Assembly (NCBI RefSeq): GCF_009914755.1
Contig: NC_060938.1
DNA: 64,000 nt
From: the human T2T-CHM13v2.0 reference genome, Homo sapiens
Direction: 5' to 3' (one strand)
In this document: piece by piece, positions 25,270-44,138 of the stretch
How positions within the stretch are numbered: the first letter of the stretch is position 1
How the letters are laid out: each line of letters starts with the position of its first letter
Notes under the pieces: generated by a model
Database searches by the model: none
Seen by the model: only the letters and a program-made list of their open reading frames with translations
What the model was told of the DNA's origin: nothing
Position numbers and translations under genes: made by a program

Positions 25270-27800
25270 TTTTTGAATTTATTTCATTTGAATCATAATG
25301 CATTTACATGATTCAAACTCTTAATTTTTAAATTTTTCCTTTTTATTTATAGTCACTCTTTTTCCTGCTTCCCTTCAATTTATCTTGTTATTCTTTATCT
25401 TTTTGAGTTGGAAGCTTAATTAATTTATTTTCACCCTTTCATTTATATTGTAATAAGTTATTAAAAGTATGCCTTTTACCCAAGTACTGTTTTGGCAGCA
25501 TTCCACACATTTGGCTCTGTAATGTTTGCTTGTTTAGCTCTGGTGAAATACACATAACATAAACTTTACCATCTCAACCATTTTTAAGTGTACATTTCAG
25601 TAGTGTTAAGTATATACTGAAATGGTTTTATTAATGTTTTCCCCAGATTTTCCACCTGTAATTTCTATTTCCCATTTGACTAAAGAATAAATTAACAGAG
25701 CATTTAACCAGATGGAAGGACATTTATATTTTCTACATTCTGGAATTTATTGAGTTTTAATGAAGTCTAATATAAAAACATTGTTTTGAATATGTCAGGG
25801 TCATTCCTAAGAAAGGGTATCTACTATCAGGATGTGGATTTAAGTCTACATTTAGGAAGTCTATGTTATTAATTAGTTTACATTCATACTTTTTTTTCAC
25901 TTGGTTTATCTTGGACTGAGAGATTTATTCAAGTATCCTGTTATTTGAGGGTTCCTATATATTTCTCTTTGCATCTCTTGTAATGCCTGCTTTGTGAAAA
26001 TTGCTGCTACATTATTTCATGTATAGATATTTATACCTAATATATATGCATTATGAATTATAGCCTTCAGCACTACAGATTTCCTCCTTTGTTTCTTTTA
26101 ATACTCTGTGGAACAAATTCTCCTTTGTGTGATATGAGGATCATGACCTCTGAGACCTTCTGATTTGCTTTGCCTGGTATTCCTTTGCTTTTCCTTTTAT
26201 TTTCAACTTTTAAAATCCTTTGTTTTTGGTATGTCTCTTTTATACTGTATAGAATCGGATTTTACTTTGAGAGCTAATTTGAAAATATTTTTCTTTTAAT
26301 AGGCAAGTTAAGCCCATTTAATTTTGGCATGATCAATACATTTGATCTTAGTTCTGTTATTTTATGTAATGCAAGTGTGTTTATGTTAAAGGTATTTTGA
26401 AAGTATTTAACTCCCTGGTTTTTTATTTTTTGGCTTTTTTTCAGTTTTTGTAATATTTAGGAAGGTTTATAGTTTTGTTGTAGTGATTATCTTTATAAAA
26501 ATAACATTAATACTCTTAGTTTAGTTTCTCTACTATGAACAACAATAAAATTACCCTGTAAACTCCTCCTCTCTCTCATTCATTATTCAATTTTAGTAAT
26601 TTTTTAAAAAAAGTTTATCCTCATATTCTTAAATATGCTTGAGCTTATTATGTCAGCTTGTCACATAAACTTGGTTTCCACAGTCTCTTGGGTATAAAAA
26701 TTGGTATGAATTAAGGTGAGTTAGATAATCACATCATAGGGATGGTCTTGAAGGAAGTCTAAGTAGGGGAAAGAACAGAGGATTCCAGGCTAGAAGCTGG
26801 TGACAATAGATATTGCAAGGCAAGTGCTGACACTTGGGGAAATCCAAAAGAATAGTTACTGTGGGTTCACTTGGGCAACACATAAATTAATTCTCCCATT
26901 TTGTTGTAAGTTTTATTATTTCTACACTGCCTGACCAAGATTTAATATTTATGTATTATTTTGTTACCCTTATTGCACATTTTAGTCTTAGTTCTTCAGT
27001 TAAATATATTCAGTTCTCATCACCAGACTATTTGCCAAACTCCCCTTCCCCACAATAATTTCTTGGTTGTCTGAAATTAGTCCTCTGGTAGAGTTCTAAG
27101 GAGGGGCTCCTGAGAACAACATTCCGTGGAGTTTTGCATGTTGATAGCTGTTTGCCTGTAGCCTATTTTATACCTTAAGACAGCATGGCTCCTTGACTCA
27201 TTTTTCTTTCCTTGAGTGTCTTGTAAGTGCTGCTTTCTTTTCTGGTGGTATATGTTGGTGTCAAGAAGCATGATGCAAAACGGATTTTCTTTTTCTTAAA
27301 AGCAACTTGCTCTTTTTTGTCAAGATAACCACATTTTTTTTTAAGGGAAAAGTTTTACCAAGGTATTCCTTAGAGTTGACCACTGCAGGTTAAATTTATC
27401 AAGTACACAGTATATGTTTTCAGTACATAGATTTCAGATAAGTGTTGTTGAATTCAGTTAACATTTTTTTTTCTGTTTCATTGTTCTGATTTTCTTCACT
27501 GGGGATACCAATTATATAGATGTTGTATATTCCTTAATTTTGATTTATTCTTAATTTTTTTATTTCTTAATGTCTGTTTCATTTTCTTTGTCTTTCTTTT
27601 GTATTTTTCCTAAATCTTTATACTGTTTCCTGAGATACCTGTTATCCCTGTGGACCTCATAAGTTAGATTTCCTTTTTATTTTATTTTTCTAGTTCTATC
27701 CTATTTCCATGCCATTTTTTCCTGGTCACCTCTTTTCTGGGTTCCTGTATTTCTGATTCATTTTTTCTTGATGGCAATTGCTTCCTTAAAAATTTTTTTC
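25270..27800 (-). mobile_element. Old L1M ORF-region fragments
   Basis: T-rich degenerate antisense L1; interrupted at 26704-26890 by the inverted duplicate. Confidence 0.55.
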
Positions 27801-27859
27801 TAAAATAGATTTTTTTTAAATGAATTTTTTTCAAAATCATTTTATTTCAAAATGTTATA

Positions 27860-32290
<4,431 letters not shown>

Positions 32291-35200
32291 GTGAAATGTT
32301 ACAATTTTACTTTTCATTGTAGAAATACTATTTTTTCCTGGTGATTTTTTTAATTGTCTTTGAGACTTTGAGGGTAAGAGGTTTTTTTTGTGTGTGTGTC
32401 TTTAAGATGAGAGATACCAATTTATGCTCCAATGTTAATAAGAATAAACTAGTAAATTGTTGGTAAATGAGAGTGTCAGGGATAATTAGGATCAAAATCT
32501 TTGAGAATTTGATGAAGTTAAGAGTTTGGAAGTTGCAGATGTGGCCCTTGATGGGAGCAGAACACACTACCCATTATGTCATTAGGGAAGGCAGAGGGTT
32601 TGGGCACAGTTGAATGTAGATTTTGATAGTATGTAATCCTATCTATTGATTATATCTTCTCCATGGATGTAAGTATTAGTCACCAGTTAACAGTGGGAGT
32701 GAACGGTTAAGAAAGAAAGACAAGATGGCTAGAAGTTTTAAAGAGAAGAGAGAAAATGTTAAATAATTGTGTTAGAAAGTGGTAAGATCAACATATTAGA
32801 GTGTAACAACATTAAGTCCTCATTTGAGGTTTGTAGTTTTAAATTTCAAAATGAGATCTTGAGTCTTTCTTGCTTTGTATATAATTCTCTCTATATGGAT
32901 TCAATACTGCTTTATGTCATGCAGTTGTTTCTGTGTTGATCTCTATCTCCTTACTCTGTAAGCTGTTAAGGGGCAGGAATCACACCCTGCCCTCTTATCT
33001 CTACATTTCTCTGCTCAGAAAGTCCATTTATTCTCATGACTTACACTACTTGAAACCCTCCTTCTTTCTTCTGAGCTCCTAACCCATATTTAAGAGTTGC
33101 TAAAACTGGATATTTTACAAGTTCATTGAAGCCCATTCTGAATTGATCTCTCCATCCATTATCCTCAGCCGAGCTTTCTTCATGTAAATCCTCTCTCAAT
33201 TCGAGTTGTCATCTTCCATAAAGTCACTTGAATAGAAATGTCAGAGTCAACCATAACTTTCTCTTTCTTACATCCTTAAGCTAATGTCATCTAATCCTGT
33301 CAGTTTTACATCTATCCTGTCAGTAAAGACAATTGCTCAAAGATCAATTGTCTCTAACTTAACCAAACTCAGATCACTCTCTGGCTGGATCCTAGAAATG
33401 TTTATGTGCATTGTAGTTAGTTAATGTGATCAAGGCAAATAAAATTCCCAGGGCAATTTTCTATTTCCATAGATGTTTAAGATCTGCATGAAAGGGAGAT
33501 CTTCACCTTTTTCACTCATTTGTCTTTGATTACTATATGGGCATCATGTAGAAAAGTATTTGGTTAGATCTAAAGTGTAGTTTAAATTTTTTTTTTAAGT
33601 ATAACTCTATTCCTTCCAAAGTGTAGACAAATTATCTGGGCATATATTTCATCTAAAATATGTCCCATCCTTTGACTTGATATACTGTATGCCTGAGCTT
33701 TACAGTGCACACTCCCTCCAGAGACTAGCAGGCTTTGGGAACAGGTGTTCAGCTATTCTAGCATGCTTTGAGCCTCCTTCGTAGAGAAAATGGCTTCTAT
33801 TCCCTGTCACCCTCTACCCTCATCCCCTTATTTCTTACTATAATGGAGGTAAGACTTAGGCTAGGAGGAAGGGTCCCTCATCTGATCTAATAAACTCTAG
33901 AGGGTTAAAAAATGTATGTAATCTGGCTTCTTTTATCTTTAGTGACTTAATGATAACCACTTAATGTGATTTAATGATCTTAAACCACAGTTGGATGTGC
34001 TACTTGCATACATTATGAACTACAGGTGACATTAAAAAATAACTGGATCTGCTTTTTAATTAATTACAACATAAGGGCATTAGACCAATTATTAAAAAAT
34101 CAAGACCATCTGTTGTGGTAGATACCTTTAGCCTCTAACTGCTTCTTAGTTAATATTCTGATACTTCAAGTAACCTCATTAAATTTATAGGTTTCATTTT
34201 CTAAGTAATATATTTGGAAGCTATAGTAGAAAATTACACAGTTCAAAGTTCTTTTCTCTTACCTGAGAAAAAGAATTTGCTTTTACATGATTGAAGGTAT
34301 GCCTTGTGATGTATAATTGTGTCTTCTTTATTGATAATTTATTGGTGAATTAAAATGAAGTCTAAATTACTTTAGGAAGAAAGTCTTGGCCTGGCTTGGA
34401 GTCTTTCCCTTGACTCATTTCTGAGAACTGGGGGTGCAACCTTCTCTTCAGGAGTGAATCCTCTTCAAACTCTTCACAGAAGGATGTCAATTCTGTCCCC
34501 CCTCCCCCCAACCTGTCCCAGGGATGAGATGGATTTTACATCTTGAACTAATTACCTAATTAAGAGGAAGCAAAGTTCATGGAGTATTGCCTAAAGGTGA
34601 TGTTCCCTCTCCATGTATAGACACTGGGAAAAACATGATATATAAGTAATAATTGATTGAGTCCTTACTATTTTCTGCATATTGTTCTCAGTATGTTACA
34701 TATTAGTTCACTTAACCCTCACATCAACACTGGAAGTGGAGTTTTATTTGTTACCTTTGTTTTATAGATGAGGAAACTGATGCAAATAGAGTTTTAGTAA
34801 CTCACCCAAAGAAGAGGCAGGATGTAAACCCAGCAATCTGACTCTATGGTCTGGGCTCCCAGCCACTGTGCAATCAGTGTTCCATATCACCCATGATGGA
34901 AGTGAATAGAGGACAGATCTTCGGGAAACATAGAGGAAAATAGTTCAGTGACAGAGAGAATTTTAAGAAGGAAGGAGAGACCAAATGTGTCCATGCCACA
35001 GAAATGTCATGGAAGACAAGAACTAGAATGTGTTCATTAGGCTTGAGGACATCTGCAACTTTAGCAACAACAGAATTCATGGAATAGGGGGAAATAGAAG
35101 CCAGACTGTGTTTGGTTGGGAAAAAGTTGAGTGTTAAGTAATTGGCGAGTGGCAAGCTGTACTGTGAAAAGTGACTCTCTCTTTAAGGTAGGTTTTAAAG

Positions 35201-35714
35201 TAGGAGCCAGGTTTTCATCCATCAGGGAGTTAGAGATTTCTAAATTGATTAGCAGGATGTCTAATCAGCATCTCAACTATTTGTGGTGAAAGGCCAGTTA
35301 AAAAAATTCTAGTATATTGTAAATCAATATACATTGCTAAAACCCAATAAAAACAAATTACTAGAAATGTGATCAAGTGCTGGGATGTCATAGCCATGTC
35401 AAAATGCTATAAAAGTTACTTATTGTTTATTCTCAATTTTGGTACTTGCAGAGCTCTAGCAAATGGTTCTTGGACCAGTACTCCAATACTGTTTTGCAGA
35501 CTAACTTGAGGGTCCCTTTCAGATCGAAGATGAGTTGTGAATAATCTTGAGTCTTTGGTCTTTTCAACAAGCTGATATTTCCTCTCTCTTTTTTATACCT
35601 TTTTATGGTGTAACTGAGTTTTTATCTCTCTTTGTATGTCTTAGAACCTTATTTTGAAAATTCCCTTGTGGTTGAGCTCTTACTTTGTTTTTGTACACAA
35701 AGTGTTACTTTTCT

Positions 35715-37799
35715 TTCTTCTTTTTTTTCTTGTTTACTTTTTTTAAAAAGTATACTTTAAGTTCTGGTGTACATGTGCACAACGTGCAGGTTTGTTACAT
35801 AGGTGTAAATGTGCCATGTGGGTTTGCTACACCCATCGATGCATCATTTACATATCCCTCCCCCACCCACTGACAGGCCCTGGTGTGTGATGTTCCCCTC
35901 CCTGTGTCCATGTATTCTCATTGTTCAACGCCCACTTATGAGTGAGAACATGCGGTGTTTGGTTTTCTCTTCTTGTGTTACTTTGCTGAGAATGATGGTT
36001 TCCAGCTTCATCCATGTCCCTGCAAAGGACATGAACCCATCCTTTTTCATGGCTGCATAGTATTCCATGGTGTATATGTGCCACATTTGCTTTATCCAAT
36101 CTATTATTGTTGGGGATTTGGGTTGGTCTTTGCTATTGTGAACAGTGCTGCAATAAACATACGTGTGCATGTGTCTTTATAGTAGAATGATTTATAATCC
36201 TTTGGGTATATACCCAGTAATGGGATTGCTGGGTCAAATGGTATTTCTGGTTCCAGATCCTTGAGGAATCACCCACTGTCTTCCACAATGGTTGAACTAA
36301 TTTACACTCCCACCAACAGTGTAAAAGCATTCCTGTTTCTCCACATCCTCTCCAGCATCTGTTGTTTTCTGACTTTTTAATGATCATCATTCTAACTGAC
36401 ATGAGATGGTATCTCATTGTGGTTTTGATTTGCGTTTCTCTAAAGACCAGTGATGATGAGCATTTTTTCATAAGTTTGTTGGCTGCATAAATGTCTTCTT
36501 TTGAGAAGTGTCTGTTCATATCCTTCACCCATTTTTTGATGGGGTTGTTTGTTTTTTTCTTGTAAATGTGTTTAAGTTCTTTGTAGATTCTGGATATTAG
36601 CCGTTTTGTCAGATGGATAGATTGCAAAAATTTTCTCCCATTCTGTAGGTTGCCTGTTCACTCTGATGATAGTTTCTTTTGCTGTGAAGACACTCTTTAG
36701 TTTAATTAGATCTCGTTTATCTATTTTGGCTTTTGTTCCCATTGCTTTTGGTGTTTTAGTCATGAAGTCTTTGCCCATGCCTATGTCCTGTATGGTATCG
36801 CCTAGGTTTTCTTCTAGAGTTTTTATGGTTTTAGGTGTAACATTTAAGTCTTTAATGCATCTTGAGTTAATTTTTGTATAAGGTGGAAGGAAGGGATCTA
36901 GTCTCAGCTTTCTGCATATGGCTAGCCGGTTTTCCCAGCACCATTTATTAAATAGGGAATCCTTTCCCCATTTCTTGTTTTTGTCAGGTTTGTCAGAGAT
37001 CAGATGATTGTACATGTGTGGTGTTATTTCTGAGGCCTCTGTTCTGTTCCATTGGTGTATATATCTGTTTTGGTCCCAGTACCATGCCTGGTTACTGTAG
37101 CCTTGTAGTATAGTTTGAAGTCAGGTAGCGTGATGCCTCCAGCTAGCCAGACTAATAAACAAGAAAAGAGAGAAGAATCAAATAGACACAATAAAAAATG
37201 ATAAAGGGGATAACACCACCAATCCCACAGAAATACAAACTACCATCAGTAAATACTATAAACACCTCTATGCAAATAAACTAGAAAATCTAGAAGAAAT
37301 GGATAAATTCCTGGACACATACACCCTCCCAAGACTAAACCAGGATGAAGTTGAATCTCTGAATAGACCAATAACAAGTGCTGAAATTGAGGCAGTAATT
37401 AATAGCCTACCAACCAAAAAAAATCCAGGACCAGATGGATTCACAGCCGAATTCTGCCAGAGGTGCAAAGAGGAGCTGGTACCATTCCTTCTGAAACTAT
37501 TCCACTCAATAGAAAGAGAGGGAATCCTCCCTAACTCATTTTATGAGGCCAGCATCATCCTGATGTCAAAACCTGGCAGAGACACAACAAAACAAAAAAA
37601 AAAGAAATTTTTAGGCCAATATCCCTGATGAACATAGATGCGACAATCCTCAGTAAAATACTGGCAAACTGAATCCAGTACATCAAAAAACTTATCCACA
37701 CATGATCAAGTTGGCTTCATTCCTGGGATGCAAGGCTGGTTCAACATATGCAAATCAATAAACGTAATCCATCACCTAAACAGAACCAATGACAAAAAC
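35715..37799 (-). mobile_element. L1PA element, 5'-truncated with 5' inversion (twin priming)
   Basis: Antisense 3' part 35715-37144 and sense ORF2 piece 37142-37799; 17-bp TSD CAAAGTGTTACTTTTCT at 35698-35714 and 37800-37816; ORF2 peptides in the ORF track on both strands. Confidence 0.95.
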
Positions 37800-37908
37800 C
37801 AAAGTGTTACTTTTCTAATTTGTATTTTATCCTGTTGTTGTGGCCTTCTTTTCTATTTTATGCTTTAACATTTTTTAGCTCTATACGGGGATCTGGGATT
37901 TGGGGTAA

Positions 37909-38220
<312 letters not shown>

Positions 38221-38496
38221 AGTGGGAGCATTTTAACCCAGCCAACAGGAGTATTATATCGTTGACATTGTCTAGAATTGCTGACACATGGTAATAACAA
38301 AAAGCAGGTCAACTTTTGGTTGGGTTTAGCTTTTTACATTCTCTGCAGACAATGCACCTCTGTACCTGGGATGAAATGCTTCTATTGACCTCTTGGTATG
38401 CCACTGGCCTTAATTTAAAATTAAGAGTAAAAGTGCTTCAAATTTCTGTATAATAAGTTGCCAATTAAAATATATCATTATCTTCATATTTTGTAG

Positions 38497-38722
38497 GCCA
38501 GTGACTACTTCTCAAAAGCTTTAAAATTTGATCCAGAAAATGAATATGTTCTCATGAATCGAGCTATTACAAATACAATATTAAAGAAATATGAAGAAGC
38601 AAAAGAAGATTTTGCAAATGTAATTGAAAGCTGTCCCTTTTGGGCTGCAGTATATTTTAATAGAGCACATTTCTACTACTGCTTAAAGCAATATGAACTA
38701 GCTGAGGAAGACCTTAATAAAG
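38497..38722 (+). CDS. TTC6: TTC6 coding exon J (ASDYFSKALKFDPENEYVLMNRAITN...ELAEEDLNK)
   Basis: attttgtag|GCC, G|gtacac, 226 nt phase 0-1; overlaps ORF 38554..38769. Confidence 0.92.
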
Positions 38723-39206
38723 GTACACTTTTGGTAATTATTCTGGTAAGATTACAGTGGTTGAAGTGATTATTTTTAGGCTACAAAAGAAGAAAATCAT
38801 TAGGTCTATTTATTTAGATAAACTTACATAAGAATTAGTGTTTTTAGATATCATGTCCTTAATATAATCGATATAGGTTCCTTTATGTAATGTCTTAACT
38901 TAAAGCTGTGGTAAACTGAGATATAGGGAATTATTACAAAACTATACACAAACAATGCCAACCTTTCAAAGAAAGACATTGTACTGTGTTTCCCCAAGTT
39001 AGTTTGCTTAGAAAGATTCAATATTTTTAATTTAACTAAATAGTTCTGTTTGAAGAAAAGTGTTTTCAAATTAAAAGTATTAAAGTTCTTGATTTCATCC
39101 ATTGAGTTAATTTTTTTAAAAGTTCTTATCCAATTTTTTTTTGTAAAAAAAGAGACTATTTTTTGAGTGCCAACTTAAATATATCTTGATTTTTTTTCTT
39201 TTGCAG

Positions 39207-39343
39207 CCCTGTCTTTGAAGCCTAATGATGCTCTAGTATATAATTTTAGAGCAAAAGTTCGTGGTAAAATAGGTCTGATTGAGGAAGCTATGGCTGACTA
39301 TAACCAAGCACTTGATCTTGAAGACTATGCCTCAGTTATATGA
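39207..39343 (+). CDS. TTC6: TTC6 terminal coding exon K (A-LSLKPNDALVYNFRAKVRGKIGLIEEAMADYNQALDLEDYASVI*)
   Basis: ttttttttcttttgcag|CC acceptor in phase 1; last TPR; TGA at 39341-39343. Confidence 0.92.
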
Positions 39344-39483
39344 TTACATAGACTGTGGTTGCTATAGTAGTTTACACAGCTGTTCTCTCTGAAACGGAAA
39401 CATATTTGTTGTCTAAAAGGTTCTACCATTTTCATTATTGTATTCGTTATGCTTAGTCTTCCATATAACCTTCTATGCATTTT

Positions 39484-39489
39484 AATAAA
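39484..39489 (+). terminator. TTC6: Proximal polyadenylation signal AATAAA
   Basis: First AATAAA 140 nt after the stop; further hexamers at 39735-39747 (ATTAAA then AATAAA) and 40030-40035. Confidence 0.65.
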
Positions 39490-40082
39490 ATGTTTGTTAT
39501 ACATTAATTATAAAACATATATCATTTGCTGCATATTTGGAATACCTTGAGAACTGAATTTTTCCAAGGTTGCAGAATCTCAAGGAAAATGTTTCTTAAG
39601 GAATTAAATAGGAATGTCTCTTAACATTTAAAATATTTTCTTTAATTCTTTTTGAAATAATACTATACATTGTAGAAAAAGTGTCATTGACCTTTTCATC
39701 AGTCCTTGCTGACAATGTATTAAACAGTATACAGATTAAAAAATAAACAAACCGATGACTATAAAAAACTGAACTCAAGTACAACCCTTCTCTTTTCCTT
39801 TAAACAATATGTATACTGGTCAATATTCTTCCTGATACCTATATTCTTCCAACAGACAAACGTGTTTCTCTTTTACATGTGGCCTGCCTTCTAGGACAGT
39901 ACCTATAAAGATTTTGGACATCATGTTTCCTTGAGATAGTTCCCTCTGCCTCTTTAATGCAGCTATCATAAATACATGTAAAATTTGTATATATTTATAA
40001 TTCATGCATTGCAGGAGTTGATGAGTGAAAATAAAACAACTAAAAATTATTTATAGAGTGTCTCTGAGGAATCTTTGAATGA

Positions 40083-40945
<863 letters not shown>

Positions 40946-41149
40946 AGAATGTTGATTTTCATTTGTAAGCCACTGTCGGATGCTTCACACTGTTTCAGGA
41001 AAATTTTCTTGGTATGGTGTGTGGGTCTATGTGAGGATTAGGTCATCCCTGGTGAGTTATTTCACTTGGTAAATCAGATTAATTTAATAAGCTGCTTCAT
41101 ATCCTCTTGCTCTCACTTATCTTCAGGCCCTTTCATCTCTGCCCCAGCC

Positions 41150-42195
41150 ACAGATGAGATTCAGACAAACCACATGCAGCCACAGACAGCCCCTCGCCTC
41201 CCGCCTGTGCCACACGTCACTTGCCGACTGCCCTGGGGCTTCTCTGTTGAATGAGGTGATAGAGGCTGTGGGATTCTCAGTGCCTGCCCCTATGTACTGT
41301 GGACGTGCAGGGGACAGTACCTGTCCAATGAACCTTTTTGGTGATGGGAGAAAGGAATTGGTAGATAAATTCTAACCCCTACCATCTCTTCTTGGTGGAA
41401 TGTCCCGAGACACTGAGTGTACACAGCTCCTTGGAGGATAGTCCTGAGTGATTATGCAATCAGTTGCACTTACTGGTGGCCACTTTCAAAACATACCTCA
41501 TACTGGTGCTTCTGTCTTCCCTGCCTCACCTTCTCAGTGTCTCTGCTTTCCTGGGATAATACTTCTCGATAAAGTAGTAACACAGAAGCATTTGCCTCGG
41601 GGTCTACTTTCTGGGGGGACCCCAAGCTAAGATAGTAATTTAATATTTTCTTCTAATTGTACACAAATACCTATAACATGAGGCAGGATGTGATAACTAT
41701 TGGGGAAATGATACAGTCCAAGGGTCATGAGAGCAGAGTAGGACAAAGCATGTCTAACTTTTCAAAATGTCATATGTCCCCTGGCTTATATCCCCTTGGC
41801 ACCCACAGTTTCTGCATGCACTGACAGAATCCTATTGCAAGCACCTGTGATTTTCCGTGGGAGGCATTTCTTTCTCTCAGTCCATGCCCAGGCCAGGCCT
41901 TCTAAAGAGGAGCTAATGACACTAGGAGGAACCTTCAGCTAATGACAGAAGGGAATTAAAGGATAAACTCTCAGCTCCCTTGTCTTTTGAAGGGATAGCT
42001 CTCCCTGACTTCCCCAGTGGGATTAAACCCCAGTGGCCCACCGTATAATTTTCTCTATAGCCACACCTTTTGTTGGCTTTTTCCCTTCCCTGTCTTACCT
42101 CCCTCTCCTCTGGCAAAGGCAAAAGCATGCTAGGATCTCCTCCCAAGTAAACTACTTGCACTTAAATAAATAAAACCTGTCTCAGGATCTAAGAT
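41150..42195 (+). mobile_element. Two adjacent LTR16-family (ERVL) solo LTRs (about 41150-41634 and 41790-42195)
   Basis: Ends ...ttctggggggaccccaagctaagata and ...ctcccaagtaaactacttgcact...tgtctcagg resemble LTR16 termini. Confidence 0.6.
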
Positions 42196-43049
42196 GGTGG
42201 CATTGAGGAAGAGGCATTTAAGCTGGTCCTGAGCAGGGGTAAATGCCCATGGGCAGAGGTGTTGAATAGTAAGACCCTCCATACAGTCTGAACGTCAGGA
42301 CAGAGATACAGCAGTGGGAAAATAAAGAAGCATATTGTGGACAGCGGCTGGAGTAGAGTTTTTATGAGTAAATGATAGTAGGAAAATAAAGCTATGTAGT
42401 CAGAAGGAGATAGAGAAAGAGGGGTTTTTTTCTTAGTCATTTTTTCTCCGTCTGTCTTCACATTAGTAGACTGCGGATATTTTAGCATCGCCGATAAAAT
42501 TGGACTTATGAAAATTGACCAGTACTCTATGGAAAAACGTTTACCTTGTCCCGTATGTGCTCCACTCTGACAGTTGGAAGATCCAGGGCAGATAAAGGGA
42601 AGGATAGCAGGATGAAGGAAGGATTGAGAGGATGGAGAACAAGGAAGAAAGTAGCTTCAGGAGGTCACAGGATCTAAATGAGGCACTCATACCCTAAGGG
42701 AAAAGGAAAAGGATGCCTAGACTTCATCTTTTCTAATTAGCTTTGCTTGGTTTTGATCCCTTCAGCAGGTTCCCTGAGTCTACATGCCTCTCACTTTTGT
42801 AGGACTTACTGGTTGGGTTTCATTTATTTACAATAAGTACACAAACACACAGGACTTCGACTGATGATTATCTCTGGGAGGTAAAATTGGAGGGAGAACG
42901 GAGAAAGGAAGAAGATTTTTTATTTTGTTTTATTAAAATTTTTTACACATCAAGATGAAAGAGGAGTAGTGGAATTATAGATGACTTTTTCAACTGTATG
43001 CACTTCTGTAATTTTTAGTGTTTTTTTTTTGGTTGTGTTTTTTTTTTTT

Positions 43050-43170
43050 TTTTACTAGAATATAAGCTTTATAAAGACAGGAATTTTGTCTGTTTTGTTA
43101 AGTGCTGTATCTCCAATGCCTGTAGTGCCTGGCAGCTAATTTATGCTCACAAAATATTTGTTAAATAATA
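43050..43170 (+). mobile_element. L2 3' terminus
   Basis: actagaatataagct...ttttgtctgttttgtt...gtgcctggca...aaatatttgttaaat. Confidence 0.8.
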
Positions 43171-43437
43171 CACAAATTACAAATACCAGGGATCACCATT
43201 ATTGTATAGATATTGTGGTGTGAATTATTTGCTTGTCATATGCCCTTCCGACTTCTTGCATGCCTTCCATAAGACAGAGACTGAGAGCTAAAAGTTTTGT
43301 CTCCCAAATCTCATTGCAGCTAGCAGAGTTCCTGATGTGATTTAGTTTCTGCCAGTTTGATGCAGTCTGATGAGGCTGAATTGAGGCAGTATCATCCAAA
43401 GCACCCTTCTGCTCATGCTAAAACAATTGGCTAGAGT

Positions 43438-44138
43438 AGAGTTGTCAGATTTAGCAAATAAAAATATAGAATACCTGTAGTATGGTTTGGATTTGTCCCT
43501 TCCAAATCTTATGTTGAAATGTGATCTCCAATGTTGGAGGTGGGACCTGGTGGGAGGTGATTGGATCATGGGCACAGATCCCTCACGAAGGGTTTAGCAC
43601 CACCTTTTTGGTGATGAGTGAGTTCTACCTCAGTTAGTTTACTGGAGAGCTGATTGTTTAAAAGAACCTGACTCCTCTTCCTCCCTTTCCTGTTCCTGCT
43701 CTCACCATGTGCCTGCTGGCACTTCACCTTCCCTGATGATTGTAAGTTTCCTAAGGCCCTCACTAGAAGCTGAGCAAATGTTGGCGCCCTGCTTGTAAAG
43801 CCTGCAGAACTGTGGGCTGATTAAATCTCTTTGTAAGTTATCCAGTATCAGGCATTCTTTGTAATAACACAAAAAACTGACTAATACAATCTGGTTAAAT
43901 TAGAATTTCAGACAAATTATGAATAATTCAGGGCTCCCAGTTAAACACAGGGCACTCAGTTAAATTTGAATTTCAAGTCAACAAGATTTTTTTAGTATAA
44001 GTATATCCTATTACATGGGACATACTTATACTAAAAATTATTCTGAAATTTAGTGTCAGAAAAACATTTCCAAAAGAAAATGTTGTTGATCAGAAATTCA
44101 AATTCAAACGGGCATCCTGTGTCTTATCTGGCAATCCT
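43438..44138. mobile_element. MER53 palindromic DNA transposon split by an MST LTR
   Basis: Termini agagttgtcagatttagcaaataaaaata / ttatctggcaatcct; central hairpin tagtataagtat...atacttatacta. Confidence 0.85.
43478..43888 (+). mobile_element. MST-type MaLR solo LTR
   Basis: tatggtttggatttgtccc...gactaataca; 5-bp TSD ACCTG/ATCTG. Confidence 0.88.

Noticed and set aside
35809-37868. Reverse-transcriptase-like ORFs on both strands
   Set aside because: Broken L1 ORF2 pieces of the inverted L1PA; the catalytic region is absent
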